A stretch of DNA of 64,000 bases from Vicugna vicugna (lineage: Eukaryota), in assembly GCA_013265495.1 (NCBI GenBank), contig MU058584.1, forward strand, positions 2,079,599 through 2,143,598. The letters are read 5' to 3'. Every line of letters begins with the position of its first letter. Position 1 is the stretch's first letter. Positions 39,801 through 52,340 of the stretch are shown here, one piece after another. A program made the position numbers and the translations under genes. The notes beneath the pieces were generated by a model. That model did not search any database and was not told the origin of the DNA. It worked only from the letters and a program-made list of their open reading frames with translations.

Positions 39801-39974
39801 GGTTGATTTTGTCGTTGGTTTATATTCTTTCTGGGCAAAAGGCTCCACTCCTCCCAGCTCCGCTCCATCCCCTTTTGTCCTTCATGACGTTTTGAAGGGC
39901 TACCTGGGCAGCCCCATTTTTCATATAGAGTCTCGTACCTAAAATAGCTTGACATTTGTGTGGTACCTGAGAGT

Positions 39975-40160
39975 TTACAGCACATTTCATTTATATGATC
40001 AGATTTGACCTTTAAAACTACCGGGAGGAAGGAAGGAGAGATATCATCATCCCCCTTTCACGTAAAAAGAAATGGAGGCTCAAAGAAGGTAGAGTGACTT
40101 GCCTTAGGTTGTTCAACAGGTGTGAGGCCGGGCTTGAATTTGAATCCCCTGTCTATGTCC
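39975..40160 (-). mobile_element. MIR relic (approximate)
   Basis: ATCATCATCCCCCTTTCAC...GAAATGGAGGCTCAAAGAAGGTAGAGTGACTTGCC...GAATTTGAATCC. Confidence 0.7.
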
Positions 40161-42889
40161 TTATCAACCCTTCCCTGCTGATAGACCAAAGGATGTTTCT
40201 TTACACCAGACTCCCATTTTACATGTCTTTTTCCTCCTGATTTTCCAGCAGTCAGTAGCCTAACATGCCTTGTTTTTTTCCCTTCCCATGTCTCCCTGCA
40301 GGTCTCATGTCCAGTCTTACTCTTCCACCCCAGCCTTGCTGATGCCGACCTGAATTCCAGTTTCCCCTGAGTTGTGCGATTCTTTCTTAATAGATCCTGG
40401 GCTTGACCCCAGTCTCTTTCTCCTGCTTGGCCACTTCCCCCCTCCATTATTGTTTCCTTTCTGTTTCTTCAGGCGAGTCTGGAACTGCTGGGCAAATATT
40501 TAGCTTGTTATTTTTTACAGTATTCCCACGTGAATATTCTGTCAGTGGCATCTTCTTAATTTCAGTCCTTTCTGGGGAAGGGTTAATAGTTCAAACCCAT
40601 CATTTTTCTTGGGCGGGTTGAGACTTACAAAAGCTGCCAGGAAGTGGGACCATCCCTCAGGATCAGGGGAGGGGCACCAGCCTGGGATGGGGGTAGCTGG
40701 GAATCCGGTTGGGTTGGGATACTGGTGATCTGGAGGACGCTTGTCTCTCTCGCCGTGCTGTAGGAGAAGTACTTGGGGAAGCATAGACTAGATGAGTTGC
40801 ACATCACGGAAGTTAAGAAGACTGTAAATACATCCTGTCGTGTGTCCTTTTCTTCATTTTATTTTTCCTATTGGTTTGCTAAGCAAAGAGCCGACTTTGT
40901 GCAGTCCCCCCTCCTTTTTTTTTTTTCCCTTTTCCTTTCCTTAAAAAGCTTCTGTGCTCTTTTGAAACCAGCCAACAAAAGTGGAAGCCAGCCTGTCTAT
41001 GTGACTCAGACCTCAGGAGCAATTCTTTTCCAAAGCAGATTTGAATTCACAGCTGCCAGTCTGGGGCAATGCTAAGACTGAAATCATCCTGGCAGTCTGG
41101 AGTACCTCTCCCCACGTGGAGTACTTTAAATACAACGTTCCTGTTTCCGAAATCTCAATTTAGTCTGTTGGGCCTGACAATTGTGAGTATAATTTAGGGA
41201 AAATTTAGATAGAATATTTGAGACGGGACTGTCCCAGAAACAAAATCCAAGATACATTCTCACTGTGATGTTAGAGTCCAATGATGAAAATATGAAGGAC
41301 CTAAACTGTTCTATTGCTTTTTAACTCAGGTTGGCCTGTTCTCTCTTCTCTTGACACAGAAAGCAAACAGGGCTTTGACACTTCCCTGTTGCCTAACCAC
41401 CACCGTGCCCACAGGGAGCAGCAGAGCTTAACTGGTCAAAGCCCTGGGCTAGGACTCGGGGGCTCACCCCCTGTTGACCAGGTCCTTTACTGTGTCCCTT
41501 GGCCACAGAGTCCACCCTTAGAGTGGTCTAGCCATCTCGTAAGTGTTCGCTTCTAGCCACACAGTGAACGTGGGGGCGTCAGAGTCGACCCCAGACTGGA
41601 CTAATCCGATCACTTTGGATGGGTCAGCAGTTAACCATCATCACACCTGAAGAATGGCTTGTATAGCGTGCAGAGCGGGGGTCCCTCTGCCTTCAGGAGC
41701 AGGTGACTTTACCTAGCTTCTCTATTCAATAGCAGCCACCTCCGGGGCCCCTTTGTTCTAAGAAATCTGTGATTACAGTAAAACAAAGAAGAAGGTGGCT
41801 TTGCCTGTGGTTCCTTCTGAGGAACTTCTGAGGGTTATTTTTCAAAATGAGTATAACATTTTCTGATTATAGAGTAATACATGTTCTTTCAAGTTCCAAC
41901 CAAATAATGCATGTTATAAAATTTGACAGGTGGTTGGCGGGGCTTTCCCAGGAAGCCTTCTGTCCTTTAAGGTCAGCCCACTAGCAAGGCGGCGGGGAAC
42001 GGGCAAGTGGGAGAAGGACCCTCAGAGCAGGGGTTTGTATCTCACTAGTGGGAGATGCACGGAAGTGCGCTTCCTGGAGGAGGAGGAACCGGGGAATTTG
42101 GGTAGGAGGGGCTGGGGCTCAAGTCTTCTGGAAGAGGGCCAGGTATGACTTCTGCCGACCCCTTCATCCCCGTACCTGCCACCTGCCTGACTTTGATCTT
42201 TCCCTCTATTTCCCTGATGATCAGATGGGGGGAAGTGTTGCATTGGGATCCACTGCAGTGAGACCCCCCCTTAGCCTGTGGGATTTATTTCCCGCAGAGC
42301 TCATTCTGGAGCGAGCAGCTCTGAATGGGAAGTGAGTTCAGACCAGACACTGCCTTTTTGTCCTTCCCGGTTCCTGGCTGAGCGCCGCACCAGCGTTAAC
42401 GCAGCCCCGCACCTCCGCGCTGGTCATCCAGCTCTGTGGCCCTGGGAAAGTTAATCCTCAGGGTTAATCCGTTTAGGTAAAGCTGTTGGTTAATAGGTAA
42501 TCTGTTTAACCTCCCTTTCCCCATCCTCCTCCTCTTATGGGAAGAGAGAGAGTTCAAGTCTTCCTTCCAGGACTCTGGTGTGTGGCTGATGGACTGTTCT
42601 TTGTGGCCTTGGGAGAAAAGCTGCTTAACCAGTTCCCAGGCCCTGATTAGTTAAAACGCAGCACACACAGGTACGGGCTGAAGAGAGACAAAGCTTAGGC
42701 GAAAGGCTTGGCCGAAAGGACTGGGGGGTGGGGGTGGGGCCTATCCTCCAAGCCATCTCCCCCGGAGACTGGATGCAGTGTCCGCAGCTTGGAGTAAATG
42801 TCAAGGTTATGCTGCATTCTCTAAATCCTTAAAAAAGAATTTCTCTCTATTTTAGCATTCCAGGAAATGACTGTTTTAGTGGGTTTTCT

Positions 42890-42926
42890 ATTTTATTTTA
42901 TTTTATTTTATTTTATTTTATTTTAT
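42890..42926. repeat. (ATTTT)n pentanucleotide repeat, ~7 units
   Basis: Read directly. Confidence 0.9.
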
Positions 42927-44514
42927 GATGTTCTGGTTCATTTAATTGTTGGAATAAGGAGCTGGCTGTTGGGAAGAGTCTCCATCTTTCGCTCCATACA
43001 CGTCCACTCACTTAAACCCACCCCAGCCTCCCAGACACAAAGCCTCTATATTCCCGCGCGTACATCTGGGCACCCCAACCCTTTCCACCACCCCCAGCTT
43101 CTGGCTGGCTGGCTGTCTCTTCCACTCCACCCCACCCCTCACCCCACCCCGCAAAGCCCTGAACAGACAAAAACAAACGTGCCAAATTGCTCGGCCAGCA
43201 CGAAAGGGCTCTGGCCTTTGAGGGGAGCTCTCCAGGCACCTCATTTCTCTTAGATTTCTTTCTGTCCTCAGAGGTCCCCAAAGGTACTTGTAGAATGTTT
43301 GCCCTTAAACGGCTGTAAATTAGGGGCTGAGTGGATGAAGCATTAATGAAGCCTTCGATTGGAAACAGTCCGCCTCCCCAGGCTGGCAACTGTTCAGTCC
43401 TGAGAAGCCGGTTTCCTCGCAGGCCCCGAGTTCCTGAGTGTCAGGTTTCAGCTCCCCTCTTCTTTTTTCTTTGGCAGCTGTTTTTTTTTTTTCTCCCTAC
43501 CTTCCTTATCCTTATCTTCCATCTCTTTCCTTTCTTCTTCCAAATCCTTTCTACCCCCACTTCTCTAGATTTTTCTAAAAGTAACCACTGAGAACAGAGT
43601 GAGAATTATGGCGACCAACAGGAGCATTCCTTTCTTTTCGGACATCAGGCAGGGCCAAAAGAGTTTATTATTACTTTTTCGTTCTATTTTTTTCCTTTTT
43701 TCTCTCTATTTCTTTCTTTCTAAGCCAAGTTCAGAATTGATGCTTGCGGAAGAGAGGAATTTTAAATAGCTGCCCAACTTGAAGAGAATGTGGAGAAAGT
43801 TCAGCTCTGTCCCATGCTTTAAAAAAAATGAAGATTAGAGAAGGCTAGTGCACCTCTGACCTAGAGGGACTGGCCACATGTGGCTCGGGGACCGTCACAG
43901 CGCCAGTCTGGTTACACCTGACTGAGGGGTAGTCCCGTTTTAAGCAACTCTATTATGGGACAATATAGGTCCTCAGAAATATATACGAAAAGATTCATGG
44001 AGACGTCTTTGCATCATTCAACGTAATATATATTTTGAAGTGGCATTGTGTAAATTGTGCAAGGTCATGGGTTCTTTTTAGATAACCAGCTTCTGAGTTT
44101 GTTTAAAGTGTGATTTCTTTACTCAAAATTCATTTCTTCAATGGAGTACTGATGACAGTCTGTGTGCAGAATACCTGTGTATTCTGCTTCCTGGATTCAG
44201 AGGGTCCTATCACATCCACTTTAAGCTTTGGTGTGCTTTTCAGTTTAGTAACTGTGAACTGTGTCTGTGAGATAATAACATAGTCATCTGAAGCACACAC
44301 TGCTCACCAGAAGCAGGGTAAAAGCACTTTGCTCATTATCTCATTTAAATTTTAGAAATGAGGAAACTGAGGGTTACAGAGGGTACGCACACTGTGCTAG
44401 GCTTTTCTGTAACACTGCTTGCTTTCTTGTCCATCTGTGTTCCATCCTAATTGCACTGTGGCCCCACTGCTCTTAGGGTTACAATTTGACTTCTGAGGAC
44501 CCTCCTACCCTGAT

Positions 44515-44575
44515 ATTCACTCATTCATTCACTCATTCGTTTCATGTATTGAGTGCCTGCTGTGTGCCAGGATGC
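44515..44575 (-). mobile_element. L2 3' end
   Basis: (CATT)n-like tail then TATTGAGTGCCTGCTGTGTGCCAGG. Confidence 0.7.
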
Positions 44576-45054
44576 CCGGCCATTCGCGTCAGCACTTAGG
44601 GATACCTGCTGGTCACAGGATCGAATGATTCAGCCTCCACAAATCAGGAATGGACGTGGCCCTTTCATTCTGTCCCAGGAGCCCCTGCTTATGCGATCTG
44701 CTTATTACTGTACATCCATATGTAATAAATAACTTATCAAAATAGTCATAAAGGACTTGGCAGACAAAATGAACTGCTGGAGAAGACTGCATTAAATTTT
44801 AATAGGAAGAATTCTAAGTAATAAGCTGAAAATGTGTCTTGGTGTAGAGCTGAGCCTTTACTTTGAGGCTGTCCCTATGACCCCTTCATGTCAAGGACCT
44901 AGTTTTTTCATTTATGAAATACTTCGTTTTTGGATAAAACTGCATTTGAAATTTCTTACCGTGTTTCCTAATTAAATAAATAAGTGAAACAAAAATCAAA
45001 AAGATGGGAGAGGACAAGACGGACAGCCTCCTTTATTCTGTAGAGGTAGAATAC

Positions 45055-45365
45055 CTTCCATGCATCAGACACTGGTCAGTGCTGGAAACACATCAGTGGT
45101 CACATCGCAGACCCTGATTTCAAGGAACTTGTATCCTGGTGGGGACAGACAAGAAACTGTCCTCGTTCAGTGTAGGAAATGTTGTGATGGGGATATGGAG
45201 GGAGTGTGGTGGGAGTGTTCAGGGGAGGGTACCTCGCCATCTTGGTGGTGATGAGGACCTTACAGAAGTCTCTCTGAAGGGATGACATGTGAGCAGGGAG
45301 CTAAGAATGAAGGAGAGTGAGCCAGGTGGCGTGGGTGTAAGGTAGAGCAGAGCAGAGCTGCAGGA
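45055..45365 (-). mobile_element. L2 relic (approximate)
   Basis: CAGACACTGG..AGTGCTGGAAACACATCAGTG...CCCTGATTTCAAGGAACTT...TCTCTGAAGGGATGACATGTGAGCAGGGA, degenerate antisense L2 3' region. Confidence 0.5.
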
Positions 45366-46188
45366 GAACATTTCTGTGAAAATGCTTTTGTTGTTTTGGA
45401 GAAAGATGACTTCTGGTCCCCTGAAATTCTCCAGCAGGGCTTCCAAGACTATCACAGAGGTCAAGGTGTCCTAAAGCAGATGAACCGGTCTTTTGGTAGG
45501 GCTGGAATGTGAGTTTCAGCCCCCGTCAGATTCCTGTAGAGGATGAGAGGAGAGGAGGGAACTCAGGTGTGTCTGACTCTCTTGTCTTGACTCTCTGTGC
45601 TGATGACTTTTCATCTTCTTTCAGATTAGCTGTAACCGTCTTCTCGACTCAGACTCTCTCCAAACTCCAGTGTTTTAAAACTTTTGGTGGCGCTCATCTT
45701 TTCTCTAAGTTTGAAATTGTTTCAAAATAAAATTATGTATTTTTAAAAGTAAAGATAAATAAATAAATAAACCACTGGTGATTCGTGAACGCCTTCCCAT
45801 AAAAAAACAGTTGATCGAGCATATAAGTAACATAACTACTAAATTAATAAATCTATATCGAGCACTTCGAAGTTTAGGGTGCTGGGTTTGTCTACGAAGA
45901 TGGTTCAGGGGATTATGTAGCCATTTCAAAGAAATTAACTTTTAAAACCGGTTTAAAGTGAGCAGCATCTGTCTGCATACAAATTCCAAAAGATTCTGTT
46001 TTCAAAAAAAGTAGGTCTGAGGGTGCCTCTTTGTGGAAACAGTTGGTTAGCAATTAGTGTTGATGTCTTAGGAAGTGTAAACATTTTATTTTTTACTAAA
46101 ATTCTTTAAATTCGGATACTTTTGGTAGCTCATGCCTTCCCTCTAATCCCCCAAGATCGGTAAGATTTAATTTGCACTCTGTTCTTTT

Positions 46189-46330
46189 TTTTTTTTTTAA
46201 TTTTTATTAAAAAATTTTTGAGGGGTAGTAATTAATTTACTTACATATTAAATAAAGGCACTGGGGATTGAACCCAGGACTTCTTGCTGCATGCTAAGCA
46301 CACACTACCACTGAGCTCTACCCTCCTGCC
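46189..46330 (-). mobile_element. tRNA-Ala-derived SINE (vic-1-like, long-tail form)
   Basis: GGCACTGGGGATTGAACCCAGGAC...GCATGCTAAGCAC...CTACCACTGAGCTCTACCC; TSD-like TTG(C/T)ACTCT(CC)GTTCTTTT at 46172-46188 and 46331-46349. Confidence 0.88.
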
Positions 46331-46539
46331 TTGTACTCTCCGTTCTTTTAAAAATTAACAGTTAGCGTGCAGGAGGGCATGGACGGGCGGGAGTCATTCC
46401 TTTCAGCTTTAAGGGATGTAAGCAGTCTTTTTAATTAATGAAGAGTTAGAATTCTTTGTGTATATTTAAAGCAACTCTCATCTTCCCTAATAAATGAGTT
46501 CTGCAATAAATATATGCTGTCTGATGCAATCTGACAGTC

Positions 46540-46668
46540 ATTTGCTTACTGTCTGTGTTTCCCCCGGAATAGAAGATCCGTGATATCAGAGACTTTGTCT
46601 TATTACTCTGTCCTTAGCACCTAGAACATTTTGGCAAGGTCTTCATATTTATTTAATAAATGAATGAA
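46540..46668 (+). mobile_element. L2 3' end
   Basis: GTCTGTGTTTCCCC...TAGAAGATCCGTGA..CAGAGACTTTGTCT...TGTCCTTAGCACCTAGAACA...TAAATGAATGAA. Confidence 0.65.
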
Positions 46669-47059
46669 GCAGTTAAGACTTTGTGCAAGGAAACTGATGA
46701 TCCTTGCAAATTCTGCGTAAACTAGGTTGTGCAAATGCATGTTGCCTTACGCATAACTTAATTCCTTTGATGATCGTCTTATAAGATCATTTATTTACAG
46801 AGGATGACATAACTAAATCTGCCATGAGGTATTGGGGAAGTATTCCAGAGTGACATCGAAATTGGGTTTCCAGATGTTGAAAGTGCAAAGGTGTAGTAAA
46901 GGGTGAGTCTGTGGTGTAGACCAGGCTGTGTCCACGGCATGGGCAGAGTCATGTGACCTTTATGGCCAGAGACTCGAGGGTTCACAGGGTCACATTATAC
47001 CAAGCTAAGAATTTGTAGTTTGGAAGACCTGAATGGTAATGCCTTAAAGCATGTCAGGG

Positions 47060-47420
47060 TAATCAGAGGCTGAAGAGGTACTGAGGAGGGTTAGGGGAAG
47101 AAAGTACATGAGGTAGGATTTGAACAGCCTGTTGGGATTCAAGTGAAGGTCTAGGAGACAGTTGGAAATACATGTCTGACGCTTCCGAGAGGTCTGGACT
47201 AGGCACCTAAATTTGGGTATAATCGGCGTGTAAAATGACAAATGATGCGAAGAGAAGGGAACGTGATAATTCCAGAGAGATCTATACAGAATGGGGTAGG
47301 ACCAAGGCAGAACCCTGAGGATGCCAGAGTATGGAAGTTGGGTAGGGGTTGGAATGAAAAAAGGTCTATCAGGGTGCAGAAGGAAAACCTGAAGGGAGTG
47401 GCATCTTAAAAGTCAAGGTG
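47060..47420 (-). mobile_element. L2 internal relic (approximate)
   Basis: CAAGTGAAGGTCTAGGAGACAGTTGGAAATACATGTCTG...GAGAGGTCTGGACTAG...AAATTTGGG...GGACCAAGGCAGAACCCTGAGGA. Confidence 0.6.
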
Positions 47421-47746
47421 AGTTTGAGAGCTAAAAGTTTATCCCCATCACGACCTCCTCCTGGGCGCTCATACCTCTGTTGTAACATATCCTGTGTTAT
47501 GTTTCTTACTGGCTTTTCCCCATTGGTTCATGAGCTCCGTGAAAGCAGAGTTGAAGCATGTTTTATCTTTGTGCCTAGGTCAGGAATGGTGGAGGTGTCA
47601 TTTCATATGCCAAGTCTGAGACTGCTGAGCTGAGTCCAGGATCTTCAGAGAAGAGCACCTTAATCCATTAATGATTTCAGATATGGGTTCAGGATCAGAG
47701 ACTGGTGGCAACTTGCCATGTCTTTTTCATCCCTGCATTAGGCGCT

Positions 47747-47844
47747 CATTCATTGATTATTCAGTAGCTATTTACTGAGCACCCAGCATGTGCCAAGTGC
47801 CATGCCCGGTGCTCAATAAATGTTTATTGAATAAATGTGGAATG
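47747..47844. repeat. Inverted pair of L2 3' ends forming a hairpin
   Basis: Arms 47757-47790 and 47801-47834 pair at 27/34 Watson-Crick plus 3 G:U, 10-nt loop; both arms resemble the L2 terminus GTGCTCAATAAATATTTGTTGAATGAATG. Confidence 0.8.
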
Positions 47845-50800
47845 GTTAAGGCTTGCGGTACAACAGCCTTTACGGGGAGTGGTAAAGGGACTTGACTGGG
47901 ATGGGCAACCTTTGAGAGTTTTATGCCTCTGTGGATCCTACCGACACGTGCAGAAGTGTCCTAGTGAACCCAGAGTCCTTGTAAACAGAATGCCAGATGT
48001 CCATGATTTTAATACGAATACTGCTTACTTCCAGCAGGCTTTACTAGGGCACATTGCATCTCACTTCATCTTTGCGTTACTTCAACCAGAGTGCGAGGTC
48101 ACGTGTTGTTACGTCTATTAGACAGATGAGGTAACGGGGATGTGTGTTTCTTGAGTGACTGACAAAGCCAAGACTGAGCCAGAAGTCGAACATACATCTG
48201 AATGCCACTTCTGGATCTTGAGGTTATTACACAAGGATTGGCTTCTCTGATCAAAACTACGGGTCTGCTCTTGGGGCCAGCCGGAAGAGTCCGATGCTTG
48301 GTTTCTCTGAGGCGTTCTCCCCTGAAACCCAGTGCCCAAAGGGCAGCCTTTGGGGGCGGTGGGAGGTTGGTCGGAGGCGGGAAGACGGGGTTGGGGGGGC
48401 TCCCGGAGGCCTTGTGGACTCCCAAATCATGATTCATGATTCTTTCTCTGTGGCTAATTTTTGTTAAGTATAAGAATTCCAGGAATCTTTCAGGACCTGG
48501 GGGAGACTGCTCTCTCCTGAAATATAAAACATCTGCTCTTGGTCTCTTTGGAGGCTCCACTGTCTGGGGGAACAAACAGGGAAAAAGAGTTGATATGAAA
48601 CAGACATTGTTTCAAACAGTAAATCCCCCCTTTATTCATTAATGAGAAAATAAATTAAGGGTCAGAGGTGTCAGACTTTTCAGGAGGCCTTTCTTAGCAC
48701 TAATTTTTTTTTTTTTTTCTGAGAAAGTGAGTTCAGAGCAAGAGACTGAAGTCCCTAAGAAGATGCAATCTCAGGGGTGGTTAGACGTGGTCTTTCCCGG
48801 TAACCCCACCAAACTTTAGGACGTTAGGCATTTTTTTTTGTTTTGGACCAGTACTTTCTTCCTGATAATCAAAGACATTGTCCCTGAGGGGACAGAAGCT
48901 TGGCAGGACATGTATAACAGACTAAAAAATGTGTAGGTAGATTCCTAAAATCACCATTTTTATGTTCCTGCATCCTCCTTCGCCTTCAACCAACCTCCAT
49001 CCCCCCTCCCACCCCAATTCCCTTTCTCTCCTCTTGCTCCCTGAGGCCTTCCCGTCCCCCACTTCCCTGGGTTCTCTGAGATTCTCAGCCTCTGCTAGAG
49101 TCCCGGCATTGCTGCTTGGGCAAATCACCGCGAACCACTTGGCTTACGTGAAATCACCTAAAACCTTTCTGTTGAGTTTGGTAGGAGCCTTGGACACGGG
49201 GCAGAGAAAAGGGAGGCAAATGAGTTTAGAGGGTGGAGACCGTCCTGATTTTGCTGGCCTGTAGTAGGCATTCAGTTTCTGTTCAGTGAAATGTGACACA
49301 TAATTTAATGGGGGGATATGGCAAAAGAAGAAGAGGAAGGTAGACAGTGTGTGGGCACCTTCCACAGGGAAGGAAATCTCACAGGGGTGCCTGTTACACC
49401 AAAGGGCGGGTGCAAGTTCACAGATGCTGTCTGTCCAAGGTCCCCCGCCTTCTGTGTCTGTGCAGGTCCTTTTGTTCCATTAGGTTCTGTACGGAGGCGA
49501 GTGGTGGCTGCCACCTCCACTGCCTCCCCTGCCCCCGTGGGTCCCCGCTTGCCATCAGCCAGCAAGCCTGAATGCATCACACTCTGGCGCCAATCACAGT
49601 CTCCTGGCTGCCGCTGAAAGACACTGGAGGGACTGGAATTGTGAGGGAAATGCGAGCTCTGAGCTTGGAGGGTGGTCTACGGCCCCTCCCCTTCTTTTCT
49701 TTGAACCAGGGAGGGGGCTGTACCAGGGCTCTGTGGGAAAGCTCTTTTGTAGGCGAGGCAGACACTTGTGCCACGGGGCACCATTCCACTTTAGTTGAGG
49801 GGGTCCCTGTTGTGTTCCAAAGAAAACGCGGTGGGGTTCACATAAAAACAGGGTTTAGCTACCGGGAACCCAGTGGTCCCAATGGTCTGCTTTCTTAATT
49901 GCTGGCGAGTTAAGCCCAGAAGGCACTGGCAGGGGTGGGGAGAACTTCTGTAAGATGTGCAGTCCCTGGTGGAGCGATGATGGGATTAGCAGCAGTGTGG
50001 TAGGAAGGAGCAGTGTACCAGGAGGCAAGATGAGTCACCAGTGTCACCAGGGCACCCTGGCCGTGCTCTTCTTTGATTCACCGGTGCCCTGAGGCCTGTT
50101 GTCCAGGGTGATAGCAGGGCTGGCCCCACCCTTGCTGGGGACGGGCTGGCAGCCTTTCCTGAACCTCCTGCCACAGACAGCACATTTGCCTGCTCCCCTG
50201 TGCTTCCAGGCTGAGCTGGGAAATGGGGAAGAAAGAAAAGAGAAAATCAAATTAAGCGTTGGACCAGCAGAATTCTGTCTCCAGTCAGGCTGGCTTCCGT
50301 TGGTCTTGCTTTCTATTTTCTGAACTTTCTCTCACCATAAATCCTTTTTCTTCTTCTTTTATCCATTAAAATGTTTTTAATCTTGGAGCCAACACTTTGT
50401 CTTCTGGCTGCTTCTGTGTCTGTCCCAGCTCCGTCATCCTCCCCACATTCTTTTTGTCACTTTCTTGTCTCCTGTTCCGAACTCCAGCCCTTTTCACTTT
50501 GAAACGCCTTTTTCCCCCCTCCTTTTTCAGATTTCAAGATTTGTTGCTTTCTGGTTGGATGGATGTTCACTTGACCCTTCTTGGGGTCTGTTTTTTTCCC
50601 TAACTTCTGGCTGTGTTCACATTTCTGTCTTTCACAGAAAATTGTTACTCTCAGCAACACACAATCATTGGGGCTCAGTTCCGTCCTCGGCTGTCTGTTA
50701 AGAGATGTGAGTCCTGCTCCAAAAAAAAAAAAAGGCCCCTGGACTTTTCTATCCATACCTAACTTCTTCTTCACTTTGGGGCATGGGAAAAAATGTACTC

Positions 50801-51757
50801 GACTTACCCACCATCAGAAAGGAGGTGATATACCCCCGTTTACCCCCTGGGAAATGGGGACAGCCCCGTTTTGGAGGAGGCGGCCTGATTTCTTGGGAGA
50901 CAGGGAGTGAGGGCCTGCTCTGTGGCTGGCCTCGCGCTAACATTTCTCGCATCTCACTTTACCTCCAGCGAGAGGAGAGCTGACAGCCTACAACAATGGC
51001 CTCCTTTCTTCTCCTAGGGCCAGTGTTTTGATAGTGTCAGGTTACACCCCAGCCTCCCCCTGGCCCATTTATAAACTTGACACGGGCAACATGATGTAAT
51101 GTTATTTTTCAGGATCTCAATGAGGGAATTTTTTGCCCCAGGTCAGAAGAATGCTAGTTGGTTTTTGCTGAAATGAGCCATGGCATGGTCTAACATATGG
51201 GCTCCGAGATCAAGAAGGCGGAGCAGGGGTGGGGTGGGGTGGGGGAGGGTAGAGCAAGAGCGGGGGTTTGCGCTGGAGTTGGTATCAGGAGGAAGGCCTT
51301 TCTGAGCTTGGATCTTCAGTGCCGGGTGTGTAAGCCAACCTTTTGCTGTTGGGCAGTGTTCTTGTGGAAGGAGGCTTGGCAGTTGCCCCCTCAGAGCTCG
51401 GGTCTGTTGGCCATTGTCTTGATTTCCAGTGCGTGGCCATTGAGCAGCACCTTGGCTGAGACTGAACCAGGAGGTGACAACAGAAAGGAAAGAGGGACCT
51501 GGGGGGACTTCCGTGGGACTGGGGTCGTCTTCTGGGCTGGAGTTCAGCCACCTCTTGCAGCCTTGGTTCCTCTGCAGGGCCTGAGCTGGTGCTGCTCCAC
51601 CTGACTGGGAGCTTGGAAAGGTGTGGAGGGGGGAGAAGGGGGAGGGAGCTGATGGGCCTGTGGGCTCCTTGTGCGTCCCCTCCTCATCAAGCCATCGCCT
51701 TTGGCCTTTTGGTGGACAGTACCCATATCCTAAAGATTTCAGAATTGTCCCATTTCT

Positions 51758-51896
51758 TTTTTTTTTTTTGAGGGGGAAGATCATTTGATTGATTGATTGA
51801 TAGACTGATTGATTTTACTGGAGATACTGGGGATTGAACCTACAACCTCGTGCATGCCAGGCATGCACTCTACCATTCAGCTCTACTGTCCCCCCA
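51758..51896 (-). mobile_element. tRNA-Ala-derived SINE (vic-1-like) with (GATT)n in tail
   Basis: TGGAGATACTGGGGATTGAACC...CTCGTGCATGCCAGGCATGCACTCTACCATTCAGCT; TSD GAA(T/C)TGTCCCAT(T/A)TCT at 51742-51757 and 51898-51913. Confidence 0.88.
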
Positions 51897-52114
51897 GGAA
51901 CTGTCCCATATCTATATTTACATTTGTTCTGAATTCAAAAGTACAGAAAATTCTACAGCAGAAAGTTGCCTGGCACTTACTGGGAGCCCTGCCCTAAGGC
52001 AAGGAAGAGATGGAGAACGTGGCGGGGCTCCCACTCCTGTCCCCTTGTACCCACCCAGTCCCTCTCCCCTTCTGGAGGCGAGCATGTTAGCAGTGCCTCC
52101 GTGAGAGGTGGTAA

Positions 52115-52340
52115 AGTCCTGTGGTTGAGCACGCTGGAGGTGGAATCCAACTTGGCTTTTCAGTCCTGGCCGTTATTAATTGGCTGATCAACCTTGGACA
52201 CGTGAGTTGAACTCTGCCTCCGTTCCTGATCTGTTAAGTAGGAAGAATAACAAATCTATGACACAGGGTTACTGAGCAGATTAAGTGAGTTAATATACAC
52301 AGAGTGACTGGAACGGTCCTCAGCATGTAGGAAACACTCC
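52115..52340 (+). mobile_element. MIR
   Basis: GTGGTTGAGCAC..TGGAG...ACCTTGGACACGTGAGTTGAACTCTGCCTCCGTTCCTGATCTGTTAA...CAGGGTTACTGAGCAGATTAAGTGAGTTAATATA. Confidence 0.7.

Noticed and set aside
41274..41335. C/D snoRNA-like start (CCAATGATGA)
   Set aside because: No D box with a closing terminal stem at a suitable distance.
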